A stretch of DNA of 64,000 bases, from positions 109,468-173,467 of the forward strand of contig CAVPJX010000002.1 of the NCBI GenBank assembly GCA_963705545.1. Direction: 5' to 3'. The first letter of the stretch is position 1, and each line of letters begins with the position of its first letter. The position numbers and the translations under genes were made by a program. Below are positions 46,168 to 56,822 of this stretch, one piece after another. The notes beneath the pieces were generated by a model. That model did no database searches and had not been told where the DNA came from. It was given only the letters and a program-made list of their open reading frames with translations. The stretch is from an uncultured Actinomycetes bacterium (lineage in GTDB: Bacteria; Actinomycetota; UBA4738; HRBIN12).

Positions 46168-47937
46168 CTAGCCCCGGGTCGCGACGGCCTCGGTCCGGGC
46201 CCGACGGGGCGGGCGATCGGAGGCCCGGACGCGCGAGGCCGCCGCCCGCCGCACCAACCGGCGGACGTCGCCGGGCCCGAGGCGCACCGCTCCCGCCTCG
46301 TCGAGCCAGGCGAAGATCGCCGGCCGCATGCCGAGCGCGGTCACGCTGACGACGTCGCCCGTGGACGATCGCTCGATCATCCCTCGGAGCGCGTGCAGCT
46401 CGTCCTCGTAGACCGCCACGTCGTCGGTGCCCGCCTTGGCGGCGCCCGTCCGGAGCTGATGCACGACGTCCTCCCGCGTGCGACCGCGGAGGTAGTGGGC
46501 GAGCTCCGCGATGGCGACGTGGTCCGCCCCCACGGCGGCGCGGAACGCGAAGGCGTGCAGGATCGCGTCGGTCCGGTCCCCGGCGGTGCAGATCGCCAGC
46601 CAGGTCGCGCGCCCCGACGTGCGGAGGCCGTCGAGCACCTCGGTGAGCCCGATCATCCCTGCCTCGTTGTGGGCGTAGTCGATCACGACGATCCGGCCGT
46701 TCAGGCGGAACAGGTTCGCCCGGCCGGGGTTGCGCTCGGGATCGAGCACGAACGTCTTCAGCCCGCGTGCCACCGCTCGAGGCGGCAGCCCGATCGCGAG
46801 GCCCGCCGCAGCCGCGGCGAGGGCGTTGTGGAGGTTGACCCGGGAGATCCCCGCGAGGGTCACCGGCACGTCGACGAGGGGGATGATCGGGTGCGTGTCG
46901 TGACGCTCGATCCAGGCGAGGCGCCCGTCGAGCACCGTCATCACGCGGCCGCCCTCCCGCAGGACCTCGGGGATCACCGGATGGTCGGGGTGGAGCGAGC
47001 AGATCCACGGCCGCCCGGTCGCGTGACGGCGCATCGCCAGCACCCGGGGATCGTCGGCGTTCAGCACGTCCCAGCCGGCGGGCCGGGTGATCCGGGTGAC
47101 GATCGCCTTCACCTCCGCCAGTTGGTCGACCGTGTCGACGCCGTGCAGGCCGAGGTGGTCCTCGCTCACGTTCGTCACGACCGCGACGTCGTTGTGGCGC
47201 ACGCCGACGCCGCGCAGCAGCATGCCTCCTCGCGCGGTCTCCAGGACCGCGACGTCGGGATGCTGCGCCAACGCGCGGGCCGCCCCGCCGAACCCCGAGT
47301 AGTCGCCGGCCTCCACCAGGACCCCGTCGTCGCGGTACACGCCGTCCGTCGTGGAGTAGGCGACGCCTAGGCCGGCCGAGCGGACCAGGTGGGCCAGGAG
47401 CCGGACCGTCGTGGTCTTGCCGTTCGTCCCGGTGACCTGGATCACCGAGGTATCCGGATCGGGCACGGTGGGCTCCGCGCCAGGCTCGACGTCCCGCAGC
47501 CGGGCGCCGGCCTCGGCGATCACCCGGTCGGGGGAGCGGCGCCGGATCAGCTCGAGGGCCGAGGCGGCCTCCGTCGCGAGCGCCTCCGCGGCGCCGCGAC
47601 GACGCCACGGGAACGCGACGACGATCAGGTCCGGCCCCGGGCCGCTGCGGGCCCGCACGGCGAGGCGGCGGGCCCCACCCGCGACGGCGATCCGCCGAGT
47701 GAGCTGGGCGGCGATGCGGCCGATCGCGCGCCGCCGTTGCTCGGTCCCGGGCGCGCCGGCCCGGAACGTGCTGCTCGAGCCGAGCCGGACGGCCGATCGG
47801 ATCACCGCCTCCTCGGAGGCGCCCATCCAGCCCGGTACCGAGAGCGTCAGCTTGATCGCGGGACGCGGGAAGAACAGGTTCGGTCCGTCGAGGACCCGCA
47901 GCTCCACCGTCCCCACCGGTCCGCGCAGGCGGGTCAT
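46168..47937 (-). CDS. cyanophycin-synthetase-like protein with CphA N-domain + Mur-ligase (M) domain but no ATP-grasp domain
   Basis: 589 aa. N-terminus (VELRVLDGPNLFFPRPAIKLTLSV) parallels the CphA N domain (LQTQVFRGPNYWSYEPCIRMLVDL). It is followed directly by a Mur-ligase domain (VIQVTGTNGKTTTVRLLAH...VLETARGGMLLRGVGVRHNDVAVVTNVSEDHLGLHGVDTVDQLAEVK...VLNADDP). No ATP-grasp segment is present. Confidence 0.75.
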   Translation of the reverse strand: MTRLRGPVGTVELRVLDGPNLFFPRPAIKLTLSVPGWMGASEEAVIRSAVRLGSSSTFRAGAPGTEQRRRAIGRIAAQLTRRIAVAGGARRLAVRARSGPGPDLIVVAFPWRRRGAAEALATEAASALELIRRRSPDRVIAEAGARLRDVEPGAEPTVPDPDTSVIQVTGTNGKTTTVRLLAHLVRSAGLGVAYSTTDGVYRDDGVLVEAGDYSGFGGAARALAQHPDVAVLETARGGMLLRGVGVRHNDVAVVTNVSEDHLGLHGVDTVDQLAEVKAIVTRITRPAGWDVLNADDPRVLAMRRHATGRPWICSLHPDHPVIPEVLREGGRVMTVLDGRLAWIERHDTHPIIPLVDVPVTLAGISRVNLHNALAAAAAGLAIGLPPRAVARGLKTFVLDPERNPGRANLFRLNGRIVVIDYAHNEAGMIGLTEVLDGLRTSGRATWLAICTAGDRTDAILHAFAFRAAVGADHVAIAELAHYLRGRTREDVVHQLRTGAAKAGTDDVAVYEDELHALRGMIERSSTGDVVSVTALGMRPAIFAWLDEAGAVRLGPGDVRRLVRRAAASRVRASDRPPRRARTEAVATRG

Positions 47938-47951
47938 CCGCGAACGCTATC

Positions 47952-49217
47952 TCAGGCCGCGACCTCGGCGCGATACCGGCGGAGCTCCGGGTAGAGCGCC
48001 GCCACCACGCCGGCGCCGACGATGCACGCGAGGCCCCCGGTCACGACCGAGATCGTCGGGGTGAACGCCTGCGCGACGACGCCCGCCTCGAAGTCGCCTA
48101 GGCGCGGCCCTCCCGTCACGACCAGCGTGAAGAGCGCGCCCAGCCGTCCTCGCAGATGGTCCGGCGTGGTCACCTGCAGGATCGTGCTGCGGAAGATCGC
48201 CGAGATCACGTCCGCCGCGCCCGCGACGGCCAGGAAGAGGAGGGCGAGCCAGAGCTTCGAGCCGACGAGCCCGAACGCCACGATCGCGGCGCCCCACCCG
48301 ACCACCGACCACACCACCGCGACCCCTTGGTGCACGACGTGCTTCGCCCACCCCGACGCGACCGCCTGCAGCAGCGCTCCGACCGAGGGGGCGGCGAACA
48401 GGAGCCCGACGACCGCAGCCCCTCGATGGAACTGCGAGATCGCGATCACGGGGAACAGCGCCACCGGCAGCCCGAAGATCATCGCGATGAGGTCGATCAC
48501 GAACGTCGATTGGATCAATCGGTTCCGGCGGACGAACCCGAACCCCTCGGCGACCGCGCGCCGGCCGCGCACGGCGCCGTCGGTCCGCTCCGGTGGCATG
48601 GGGTGCATCGCGATCGCGGCGACGAGCAGCGCGCCGTAGGTGGCCAGGTTGAACCAGTACGGCAACGCGACCCCATCGGTGGCGGCGATCGCCAGGCCAC
48701 CCATCGCCGGACCCACGATCGAGACGGTCTGCCAGCCAACCTGGTTGAGGGTGACCGCCGAGGGCACGAGACGCGTGCCCACGAGCCGGGGGATCATCGC
48801 CTGGCGCGCCGGGCTCTCGATCGCCGACGTGAAGGCCATGATCGCGTTCGCCACGAAGACGAGCCACAGCCCGGACCGGCCGAGGGTCGCGCTCATCACC
48901 AGCATCGCGGACGCCCCGATCAGGGCGACCTGGGTCCAGGCGAGCGTGATCCGTCGGTCGTGGGCGTCGATGAATCCGCTGCCGATCAGCGTCCCCAGCA
49001 CGAGCGCGACGAACCCCGTGAGCCCGATCATCCCCACCGCGGCGGTCGATCGGGTCAGGTCGAAGACCTGGATGTAGATCGCGGTCCTCGCCACCTGCAC
49101 GCCGAGCGCCGAGACGAACCCGGCGAAGTAGAGCAGGCGGAAGTCCCGCGAGACACGCAGGGGGGTGACGTCGATCGCGATGCGACGCAGGCGGGACGGG
49201 CGCGTGGGTTCGCTCAC
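47952..49217 (-). CDS. MFS transporter
   Basis: 421 aa, about 12 TM helices. 14 nt upstream of the CphA-like gene on the same strand. Confidence 0.8.
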   Translation of the reverse strand: MSEPTRPSRLRRIAIDVTPLRVSRDFRLLYFAGFVSALGVQVARTAIYIQVFDLTRSTAAVGMIGLTGFVALVLGTLIGSGFIDAHDRRITLAWTQVALIGASAMLVMSATLGRSGLWLVFVANAIMAFTSAIESPARQAMIPRLVGTRLVPSAVTLNQVGWQTVSIVGPAMGGLAIAATDGVALPYWFNLATYGALLVAAIAMHPMPPERTDGAVRGRRAVAEGFGFVRRNRLIQSTFVIDLIAMIFGLPVALFPVIAISQFHRGAAVVGLLFAAPSVGALLQAVASGWAKHVVHQGVAVVWSVVGWGAAIVAFGLVGSKLWLALLFLAVAGAADVISAIFRSTILQVTTPDHLRGRLGALFTLVVTGGPRLGDFEAGVVAQAFTPTISVVTGGLACIVGAGVVAALYPELRRYRAEVAA

Positions 49218-49296
49218 TCGCGGCGGAAGCTAACAGCCGCACGGCACCGCGCCCGCGCGGTGGATGCGCCGGCGTCGCGCCATCGACCGGTGCCGG

Positions 49297-50637
49297 CTAC
49301 GCGCCGGCCACGTCCGCGATCGCCTGCTCCAGCACCCCGAGCCCGTCGTCGAGCAGCTCGTCGTCGATCGTGAGCGGGGGCAGCAGACGGATCACGTTGC
49401 CGTACGTTCCGGCCGTGAGGACGATCACGCCTTCTTCGAGGCACCGTCGAGCGATCGCGTTGATCCGATCGCCGGCGAGCGGCTCCTTCGAGTGGCGATC
49501 GGCGACGAGCTCGATCGCGCACATCGCGCCGCGGCCGCGAGCGTCGCCGATCGTGTCGAAGCGGTCCTGCATCGTGCGCAACCGCGCCAGGATCACGTCC
49601 CCGATCCGGCGTGCACGAACCAGCAGGTCCTCGCGTTCGATCTTGTCCAGGACGGCCAGTGCCGCCGCCGCCGCCACGGGGTTCGTGCCGTACGTCCCCC
49701 CGAGACCGCCGGGATGCACGCTGTCCATCAGCTCGGCGCGCCCGGTCACGGCCGAGATCGGGAGCCCCGCGCCGAGCGACTTCGCGGTGGTCACGATGTC
49801 CGGAACGATGCCTTCGTCTTCGATCGCGTACCACCGTCCCGCCCGGCCCATGCCGCTCTGGATCTCGTCGGCGATGAAGCAGATCCCGTGCTGCGCGCAG
49901 AAGTCCGCGAGCCCCTTCAGGAACCCGGGCGCGGGCACGACGAACCCGCCCTCGCCCTGGATCGGCTCGGCGATCACGGCCGCGATGTTCTCCTCCCCGA
50001 TGTGCTTGTGCATCTCGTCGATCGCGTAGGCGAGCGCCTCCTCCGCGCACCGGTCCGGGCCGGAGGGCCAGCGGTACGGGTAGGCGAAGGGGAGCCGGTA
50101 GACCTCGGGCGCGAAGGGGCCGAAGCCCTGCTTGTAGGGCATCACCTTGGCGGTCAGCGTCATCGCGAGGAGCGTCCGCCCGTGGAACGCGTGGTCGAAG
50201 GTCACGATCGCCGGACGTCGGGTGGCGTACCGGGCGACCTTCACCGCGTTCTCGACCGCCTCGGCACCCGAATTCGCGAAGAACGTCTTCTTCGGCATGT
50301 CGCCGGGCGTGAGGGCGTTCAGGCGCTCGGCCAGCTCGATCGAGGGCTCGTTCGCCGTGACGCCGGAGGTGTGCGTGTCGAGGTCGAGCTGGCGCTTCGC
50401 GGCGTCCATCACGTCCTCGGGCGCGTGGCCCACGTTCAGCACGGAGATCCCGGTCGCGAGGTCGATCAGCCGGTTGCCGTCGACGTCCTCGATGATCGCG
50501 CCCGACGCGCGGGCGACGACCACGGGATGGACCGGTGGGAAGGCGGAGGGCATCGACGCTGCGCGCCGGTCCACGAGCTCGCGCGACCGCGGTCCCGGGA
50601 TCTGGGTGAGGACCTTTCGTTCCTGGGGGATATCCAT
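49297..50637 (-). CDS. gabT: 4-aminobutyrate aminotransferase (class III PLP aminotransferase)
   Basis: 446 aa. ...[18 protein letters not shown]...[11 protein letters not shown] (PLP-Lys). Confidence 0.9.
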   Translation of the reverse strand: MDIPQERKVLTQIPGPRSRELVDRRAASMPSAFPPVHPVVVARASGAIIEDVDGNRLIDLATGISVLNVGHAPEDVMDAAKRQLDLDTHTSGVTANEPSIELAERLNALTPGDMPKKTFFANSGAEAVENAVKVARYATRRPAIVTFDHAFHGRTLLAMTLTAKVMPYKQGFGPFAPEVYRLPFAYPYRWPSGPDRCAEEALAYAIDEMHKHIGEENIAAVIAEPIQGEGGFVVPAPGFLKGLADFCAQHGICFIADEIQSGMGRAGRWYAIEDEGIVPDIVTTAKSLGAGLPISAVTGRAELMDSVHPGGLGGTYGTNPVAAAAALAVLDKIEREDLLVRARRIGDVILARLRTMQDRFDTIGDARGRGAMCAIELVADRHSKEPLAGDRINAIARRCLEEGVIVLTAGTYGNVIRLLPPLTIDDELLDDGLGVLEQAIADVAGA

Positions 50638-50825
50638 CTCGGACGCTCCTCGAGGCCGGCCCGCCCTCGCTCGCGGCGGGGTGTCGGACCCAGCCTAGCT
50701 GGCGGTGCCCCCATCGGCCTGCCCCATGTCGGGTGGTCTCTGCGAGTCCCTGCGGGGCATACTCCGGGTATCGGACGCACCGCGGCCCGGCCTCTGGTCG
50801 CGGGTCCGGCAGAAGGAGGGGAACG

Positions 50826-52262
50826 ATGGCGGACAGCTATCAGATGTTCATCGGCGGCGAGTGGGTGAACTCGTCCGACGGGCAGACCCGGGACATCATC
50901 AGCCCCCACACCGGCGAGGTGATCGCCTCGGTCCAGGAGGGGACCGCGGCCGACGTCGACAAGGCGGTCGCGGCGGCGAAGAAGGCCTTCGACGAGACCT
51001 GGTTCGACTCCACGCCGAAGGACCGCCAGCTCGCCCTCCTGAAGCTCGCGGACGCGATCGAGGCGAACGCCGACGAGATCGTGAAGATCGAGGCGCAGGA
51101 CGCCGGCAAGCCGGCCGCCGTGACGATGTCCGAGGAGATCCCGCCGATCGTCGACAACCTCCGCTTCTTCGCGGGCGCCGCGCGGACGCCGGAGGGCCGC
51201 AGCGCCGGCGAGTACATGGCGGGCTTCACCTCGATCATCCGGCGCGAGCCGATCGGCGTCGCCGGGCTGATCGCCCCGTGGAACTACCCGCTGATGATGG
51301 CGATCTGGAAGATCGGACCGGCGCTCGCGTCGGGAAACACGGTGGTCCTGAAGCCGTCGGAGATCACCCCGCTCTCCACGATCAAGCTCGCCGAGCTCGC
51401 GGCCGACATCTTCCCGGCCGGGGTCTTCAACGTCGTCACGGGCGACGGCGTGCCCGTCGGCGACCGGATCGTCCGGCACCCCGACGTGGGCATCGTCTCG
51501 CTCACCGGCGACGTCAACACCGGCAAGCTGATCCACTCCAACGCGAGCGACACGTTGAAGCGCGTCCACCTCGAGCTGGGTGGGAAGGCGCCCGTCGTGG
51601 TGTTCGACGACGCGGACCTCGCGTCGGCGATCGAGTGGATCTCGATCGCCGGCTACTTCAACGCGGGCCAGGACTGCACGGCCGCGTGCCGGGTGCTCGT
51701 CGCCGACGCCGCCTACGACCAGGTCCTGAGCGACCTGGTCCCGGCGGTCGAGGAGATCAAGGTCGGGACCGCGTTCGAGGAGGACGTGGCGGTCGGCTCG
51801 ATGATCAGCGAGGAGCAGCTCCAGCGGGTCGAGGGGTTCCTCGCACGAGCGAAGGACGACGGCGCCGAGATCCTGACCGGTGGCGCATCGCTCGGCACGG
51901 GGGGGTTCCACTTCCAACCCACCGTCGTGGCGAACCCGGCGCAGGACTCGGAGATCATCCAGAAGGAGGTCTTCGGTCCGGTCGTCACCGTGCAGCGGTT
52001 CTCCGATGAGGATCAGGCCGTCGCCTGGGCGAACGGGACCGACTACGGGCTCGCGTCGTCGGTCTGGACGCGCGACGTCGGCCGGGCCATGCGGATGTCC
52101 CGCCGGCTGCAGTTCGGATGCGTCTGGATCAACACGCACATCCCGCTGACCCCCGAGATGCCGCACGGCGGCTACAAGCAGAGCGGACATGGCAAGGACA
52201 TGTCGGTCTACTCGCTCGAGGACTACACGAACATCAAGCACGTGATGGTGTCGCTGGACTGA
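50826..52262 (+). CDS. NAD-dependent aldehyde dehydrogenase (aminobutyraldehyde / betaine-aldehyde DH-like)
   Basis: 478 aa. ...[15 protein letters not shown]...[11 protein letters not shown] (catalytic Cys)... Confidence 0.9.
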   Translation: MADSYQMFIGGEWVNSSDGQTRDIISPHTGEVIASVQEGTAADVDKAVAAAKKAFDETWFDSTPKDRQLALLKLADAIEANADEIVKIEAQDAGKPAAVTMSEEIPPIVDNLRFFAGAARTPEGRSAGEYMAGFTSIIRREPIGVAGLIAPWNYPLMMAIWKIGPALASGNTVVLKPSEITPLSTIKLAELAADIFPAGVFNVVTGDGVPVGDRIVRHPDVGIVSLTGDVNTGKLIHSNASDTLKRVHLELGGKAPVVVFDDADLASAIEWISIAGYFNAGQDCTAACRVLVADAAYDQVLSDLVPAVEEIKVGTAFEEDVAVGSMISEEQLQRVEGFLARAKDDGAEILTGGASLGTGGFHFQPTVVANPAQDSEIIQKEVFGPVVTVQRFSDEDQAVAWANGTDYGLASSVWTRDVGRAMRMSRRLQFGCVWINTHIPLTPEMPHGGYKQSGHGKDMSVYSLEDYTNIKHVMVSLD

Positions 52263-52356
52263 CCGGCTCGTCCGCGGTCAGCAGTCTGAGCCAGACTAGA
52301 GGGCGGCGCGGGCGGTGCCCGCAGGGTCCATCCGCGCCCCGGAGGGTGGTGAACCG

Positions 52357-53787
52357 ATGATGGCGGTACGACCGTTCCTGGTGAACGGCGAGTGGCGGAC
52401 CGGCGCGGGCTCGCTCGAGGTGAAGAGCCCGTACGACGACAGCGTCGTGGCCGAGATCGGCGTCCCCACCGCCGACGACGTCGAGGAGGCCGTCGCGACC
52501 GCGGCGGCGACGTTCGAGGAGTCGCAGCACCTGCCGATCCACGCGCGCGCCGATGCGCTCGACCACATCTCCCGGCGGCTGTCCGAGACGATCCCCGAGA
52601 ACGCCGAGCTGATCGCGCGCGAGGGCGGCAAGCCGCTCAAGTGGGCGACGGTCGAGGCGACGCGGGCCGTGTCCACGTTCCGCTGGGCGTCCGAGACGAT
52701 CCGCCACGGCGACGACGAACTGGTCCGGCTCGACACCGAGGCCGCGCTCGGCTCGCGGGTCGGGCTGATCCGGCGGTTCGCGCTCGGCCCGGTCCTCGGG
52801 ATCACGCCGTTCAACTTCCCGCTGAACCTCGTGGCGCACAAGGTCGCGCCGTCGCTCGGCGTGGGCGCGCCGATCGTCGTGAAGCCCGCGTCGGCCACGC
52901 CGATCGGGGCGCTGCGCCTGGCCGAGTTCTTCGCGGAGACCGAGCTGCCGAAGGGCATGTACCAGGTGCTCCCGGTCTCCTCGAAGGTGGCCGACGGGAT
53001 GGCGCGGGACGAGCGGTTCCGGAAGATCTCGTTCACGGGGTCGTCCGAGATCGGCTGGTACCTGAAGGGGCTCGATCCGAGGAAGCGCGTGACCCTCGAG
53101 CTGGGCGGCAACGCGGGCGTGATCGTGCACTCGGACGCGGATCTGGACCACGCGGCCCAACGCGTGGCCTTCGGCGGCTACTACCAGGCGGGTCAGAGCT
53201 GCATCAGCGTCCAGCGCGTGCTCGTGAGCTCGGAGGTCTACGACGACTTCGCGACCCGCCTCGTGAAGCAGGTCGAGAGCCTCAAGGTCGGCGACCCACT
53301 CGACCCCACCGTCGACGTGGGTCCGGTGATCCAGCGCTCCGAGGTCGACCGGATCGACGCATGGGTGAAGGAGGCGGTCTCCCAGGGCGCCGAGGTCCTG
53401 ACCGGCGGCGAGGCGGACGGTCCGTTCTACAAGCCCACCCTGATCTCCGACGTCACCCCCGAGATGAAGGTCTGCCGCGAGGAGGTCTTCGGGCCGGTCG
53501 TCACGATCAGCCCGTACCAGACCTTCGAGGATGCGCTCGCGACCGTGAACGACTCGCGGTTCGGCCTGCAGGCCGGCGTCTTCACGAACGACATCAACCG
53601 GGCGTTCCTGGCCCATCGGACGCTCGAGGTCGGCGGCGTGATCGTCAACGACGTGTCGGCGTTCCGCGCCGACCAGATGCCGTACGGGGGATCGAAGGAC
53701 TCCGGGTTCGGCCGCGAGGGGCTGCGGTTCGCGATGGAGGAGATGACCGAGCCGCGGATCATGGTCCTGTCGCACGTCCCGCTGTAG
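52357..53787 (+). CDS. aldehyde dehydrogenase family protein
   Basis: 476 aa. ...LELGGNAGVIVHSDADL...YQAGQSCISVQR (catalytic Cys)... Confidence 0.9.
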   Translation: MMAVRPFLVNGEWRTGAGSLEVKSPYDDSVVAEIGVPTADDVEEAVATAAATFEESQHLPIHARADALDHISRRLSETIPENAELIAREGGKPLKWATVEATRAVSTFRWASETIRHGDDELVRLDTEAALGSRVGLIRRFALGPVLGITPFNFPLNLVAHKVAPSLGVGAPIVVKPASATPIGALRLAEFFAETELPKGMYQVLPVSSKVADGMARDERFRKISFTGSSEIGWYLKGLDPRKRVTLELGGNAGVIVHSDADLDHAAQRVAFGGYYQAGQSCISVQRVLVSSEVYDDFATRLVKQVESLKVGDPLDPTVDVGPVIQRSEVDRIDAWVKEAVSQGAEVLTGGEADGPFYKPTLISDVTPEMKVCREEVFGPVVTISPYQTFEDALATVNDSRFGLQAGVFTNDINRAFLAHRTLEVGGVIVNDVSAFRADQMPYGGSKDSGFGREGLRFAMEEMTEPRIMVLSHVPL

Positions 53788-53796
53788 CGAGGCGCA

Positions 53797-53960
53797 TGCT
53801 GAGCTGGATCGCGCTCATCGTCCTGATCGGCGCGGGCGTGTACGTCGTCGTCCGTCTGCTTCGTTCCTGGTCGACGGCGTCCCGACGCTACGCGGGGCCG
53901 CCAGGCCCGAGCGCCAGACCCGACGATGGGCGGCCGGAAGACGGCCCCGGGGACGCCTAG
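53797..53960 (+). CDS. small hypothetical membrane protein
   Basis: 54 aa. MLSWIALIVLIGAGVYVVVRLLR has a single TM helix. May be part of the next ORF if an indel is present. Confidence 0.25.
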
Positions 53961-54312
53961 CGCCGCCGTGGACGGCCGGGAGCTCGCGTACGCGATCCTG
54001 CCGTTCGTCGTGCTGGTTGCGCTCGGCTGGGGGTTCTGGATCATCTTCCGCCAGCGGGGCACCGCTCGGTCTGTCCCCGGGTCGACGGCGCGCGACCCAG
54101 GTCGCGCGCCGTCGCGTGCCTGGTGGGGGAACCCGTGGCTGTGGGTCGGCGTCTCGGCGGTCTTCGTCGTGCTCGGGATCTTCTTGTGGCCCGGGCTCTT
54201 CGGCGGCGTGGTCCTGTTCCTCCCGTTCGTGTGGGTGTCGCGGACCCGGCCGCCGGAGATGGATCCCCGGACGAACGGCCATTCCCGCCGGGACGATGCG
54301 CTGGGCGGATGA
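53926..54312 (+). CDS. hypothetical membrane protein (3 TM)
   Basis: 128 aa. LAYAILPFVVLVALGWGFWIIF... WLWVGVSAVFVVLGIFLWPGLFGGVVLFLPFVWV. Confidence 0.3.
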   Translation: MGGRKTAPGTPSAAVDGRELAYAILPFVVLVALGWGFWIIFRQRGTARSVPGSTARDPGRAPSRAWWGNPWLWVGVSAVFVVLGIFLWPGLFGGVVLFLPFVWVSRTRPPEMDPRTNGHSRRDDALGG

Positions 54313-54328
54313 CGCGCCAGCCCGAGCG

Positions 54329-54982
54329 TCAGGCGGTCCGGAGCGCGGCGTCGGCGAACCGACCGATGATCGCCGCCGCTTCCCGCTCGCGTCGCCACAG
54401 GTAGTGATCGGTCCCCTCGAGGATCTCGACCGTCGCGCGCGCCAGAGCCCTCGCGTAGGCCCGGAGCTCGTCCGGGGGGCAGAACACATCCCCGTCGCCG
54501 GCGAGGAGCAGGACCGGGCGCGCGAGCCCCCGGAGCTCGGCCGCGGCGGGGGCGGGCGGGATCTCCACGTCGCCCGGGCGCAGCGGGAAGCCGATCAAGG
54601 CGAGCGCTCCCGGCCGTTCGTCGTCGAACGCCTCGCGCAAGGCGACGTTGGCGCCGAAGGACCATCCGACGAGGAGGGTCGGCACGCCGGGCGCATGCTC
54701 GCGGATCCGGTCGATCGCGGCGCGGACGTCGCGGAGTTCGCGTCGTCCGCCGCCGTAGCCGCCACCCGAGCCCATCACGCCGCGGAAGTTGAAGCCGAGG
54801 ACCGCGTAGCCGCGATGCGCGAGGTCGTTGCGGATCGCCCACAGGATCGGGTGATCCTTGCTCCCCCCGTGGCGCGGATGCGGGTGGCAGAGCACCGCCG
54901 TGGCGACGGCCTCGCCGACGGGCATCCGGAGCTCGCCCTCGAGGTGGACGCCGTCGTCCGTCACGAACCACATCGGATCCAT
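54329..54982 (-). CDS. alpha/beta hydrolase (dienelactone hydrolase-like)
   Basis: 217 aa from MDPMWFV (residue 145 of ORF 54329..55414). ...CHPHPRHGGSKDHPIL...LVGWSFGANVAL (nucleophile elbow GWSFG). Confidence 0.7.
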   Translation of the reverse strand: MDPMWFVTDDGVHLEGELRMPVGEAVATAVLCHPHPRHGGSKDHPILWAIRNDLAHRGYAVLGFNFRGVMGSGGGYGGGRRELRDVRAAIDRIREHAPGVPTLLVGWSFGANVALREAFDDERPGALALIGFPLRPGDVEIPPAPAAAELRGLARPVLLLAGDGDVFCPPDELRAYARALARATVEILEGTDHYLWRREREAAAIIGRFADAALRTA

Positions 54983-54993
54983 CGCGTGGCACG

Positions 54994-55965
54994 ATGGCAG
55001 CCGTGACGTCGGAGCGGCAAGCGATGGGCTTCGCCCTGCGCGACGTGCGTCCGTGGGACGGCCTCGTCGAGGCGGTCCGAGAGGGCGAGCGACTCGGGTA
55101 CGCGAGGCTGTTCCTCCCCGAGATCCCCGGCGGCCGGGACGCGGTCGCCACGCTGAGCGCGCTGACGGACGCCGCGCGACGGATGGGCCTGGCGACGGGC
55201 GTCCTGCCGATGGCCGCCCGTACGCCGCTGGCGACCGCGATGGCCGCCGCGACCCTGCAGGAGCGCTCCGGCGGCCGGTTCGTGCTCGGGCTGGGAACCG
55301 GCCCCGCCGTGCCGGGGGCCCTCGGCCGGCTCGGGGACCTCGTCGCCGTCCTCCGAGGGCTGCTGCGCGGTGAAGCCGTCGAGGTCGACGGACGCACGCT
55401 TCGGCTGCAGGCACCCCCCGATCCGCCGCCGCCGATCTGGCTCTCGGCGCTCGGCCCGCGCGCCGTGCGGCTCGCCGGGGCGGTGGCCGACGGTGTCTTG
55501 TTGAACTGGTGCACGCCCGAGCGGGTCGCCGCCGCCCGCGCGGAGCTCGCGCTCGGAGCCAGGGAGGCGGGACGGGATCCCGCTGACGTGATCGTCGGCG
55601 CCTACATCCGGGCGTGCCTGGTGCCGGACGAGGCCGCCGCGCTCACCGCGATGCGCACGGCGGCGGGGGAGTACGCCTCGATCCCCGCGTACCGCCGTCA
55701 GGCCGCCGCGCTCGGACTGGACGCCGAGGCCGCGGCCGCGGCCTCGGCGTTCCGCGAAGGCCGCCCCGACCGGGTCCCGGAGGCGTTCGTCCGCGCGTTG
55801 GGGCTCCTGGGGGATCCGGCGGCCGCCCGGGCGCGCGTCGATCGGTACCGCGAGGCGGGGCTGACGCTCCCGATCGTCTACCCGGTCGCGACCGAGGACC
55901 CGGTCGGCTCGGTCCTCGCCACGCTCCGGGCGATCGCCCCGCCTGGTCGTGTCGGCGGGACCTAG
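54994..55965 (+). CDS. LLM-class (luciferase-like) F420-dependent oxidoreductase (tentative)
   Basis: 323 aa. ...LGYARLFLPE...RFVLGLGTG... matches the luciferase-like monooxygenase TIM-barrel pattern. Confidence 0.6.
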   Translation: MAAVTSERQAMGFALRDVRPWDGLVEAVREGERLGYARLFLPEIPGGRDAVATLSALTDAARRMGLATGVLPMAARTPLATAMAAATLQERSGGRFVLGLGTGPAVPGALGRLGDLVAVLRGLLRGEAVEVDGRTLRLQAPPDPPPPIWLSALGPRAVRLAGAVADGVLLNWCTPERVAAARAELALGAREAGRDPADVIVGAYIRACLVPDEAAALTAMRTAAGEYASIPAYRRQAAALGLDAEAAAAASAFREGRPDRVPEAFVRALGLLGDPAAARARVDRYREAGLTLPIVYPVATEDPVGSVLATLRAIAPPGRVGGT

Positions 55966-56822
55966 GCCGGGACCCAGACCTCGACGGAGGTCCCGGAGCC
56001 CTCGCGGCTCGATACCGAGAACCGTCCGCCCGCGAGCTCGGCCCGTTCCCGCATCGTCTGGAGCCCGAGGTGGCCGGGCACCGCGGAGGACGCGGCCCCG
56101 GCGGCGCCCGGGACGCCTTCGCCGTCGTCGCGGATCACCATGAGGATCCCGTCGTCGACCTGGCGCAGCGACACGTGCACGCGGCGGGCGCCGGCGTGCT
56201 TGCGCACGTTCATCAGGGCCTCCTGGGCGATGCGGAACAGGATCACGCGCGGCTCGTCGTCGGGTTCGGCGGCGAGCCGGTCCTCGAGCTCCCACGTGAT
56301 CGCGAGCTCGTCGGCCAGCTCGCGCAGGTTCGACCGGAGGGTCTCCGCGAGCCCGTGCTCGTTCAGCATCGGGGGGCGGAGATCGAAGGTCAGGCGGCGC
56401 AGCCGCGACGTCGCGGCGGCGACGATCTCGGTCAGCTGCCGCACCTCCGCCTCGAGCTCAGGATCCGCGACCTCGCCCAGCAGCATAGCGAGCCGGAGCT
56501 GAACCGCGCCCATCACCTGGAGGGTGTCGTCGTGGATGTCCTCGCTGATCCGGCGGCGCTCCGCCTCCTGCGCCGCGACGAGCAGGGAGGCGAGCCTGCG
56601 TCGCTCGTCCTGCGGGCGCTCGGGCCCGTCGCGTTCCTCCCGGAGCTCGTCCTCGGCGCCCCGCACCTGCCACCCCCGGACCGTTCGCCGCGGCCGCGGC
56701 GAGCGCGCTGAGGGTACCCCGCGGGGTCGCCTGCGACCGCGATCCAACGGTCGATCCCGGGCGCGGCTTGCGAGACGTCGCTCCGCGCGTACACTGTGGT
56801 TTGCACGGCTCCCACCGTGCAA
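55962..56822 (-). CDS. cytoplasmic sensor histidine kinase, HisKA_3 (NarL-partner) type; start uncertain
   Basis: HisKA_3 (ERRRISEDIHDDTLQVM), HATPase_c (...EALMNVRKHAGARRVHVSL...GDDGEGVPG). An alternative GTG start near 56666 would avoid overlap with the fdxA operator region. Confidence 0.6.
   Translation of the reverse strand: MHGGSRANHSVRAERRLASRARDRPLDRGRRRPRGVPSARSPRPRRTVRGWQVRGAEDELREERDGPERPQDERRRLASLLVAAQEAERRRISEDIHDDTLQVMGAVQLRLAMLLGEVADPELEAEVRQLTEIVAAATSRLRRLTFDLRPPMLNEHGLAETLRSNLRELADELAITWELEDRLAAEPDDEPRVILFRIAQEALMNVRKHAGARRVHVSLRQVDDGILMVIRDDGEGVPGAAGAASSAVPGHLGLQTMRERAELAGGRFSVSSREGSGTSVEVWVPA

Noticed and set aside
41937-47608. 931-aa and 873-aa plus-strand ORFs and a 1006-aa minus-strand ORF across the GH15/otsA/CphA-like region
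   Set aside because: Only the otsB segment (43905-44658) of the 931-aa ORF is real. The rest is antisense or off-frame read-through of the GH15 gene, otsA and the CphA-like gene.
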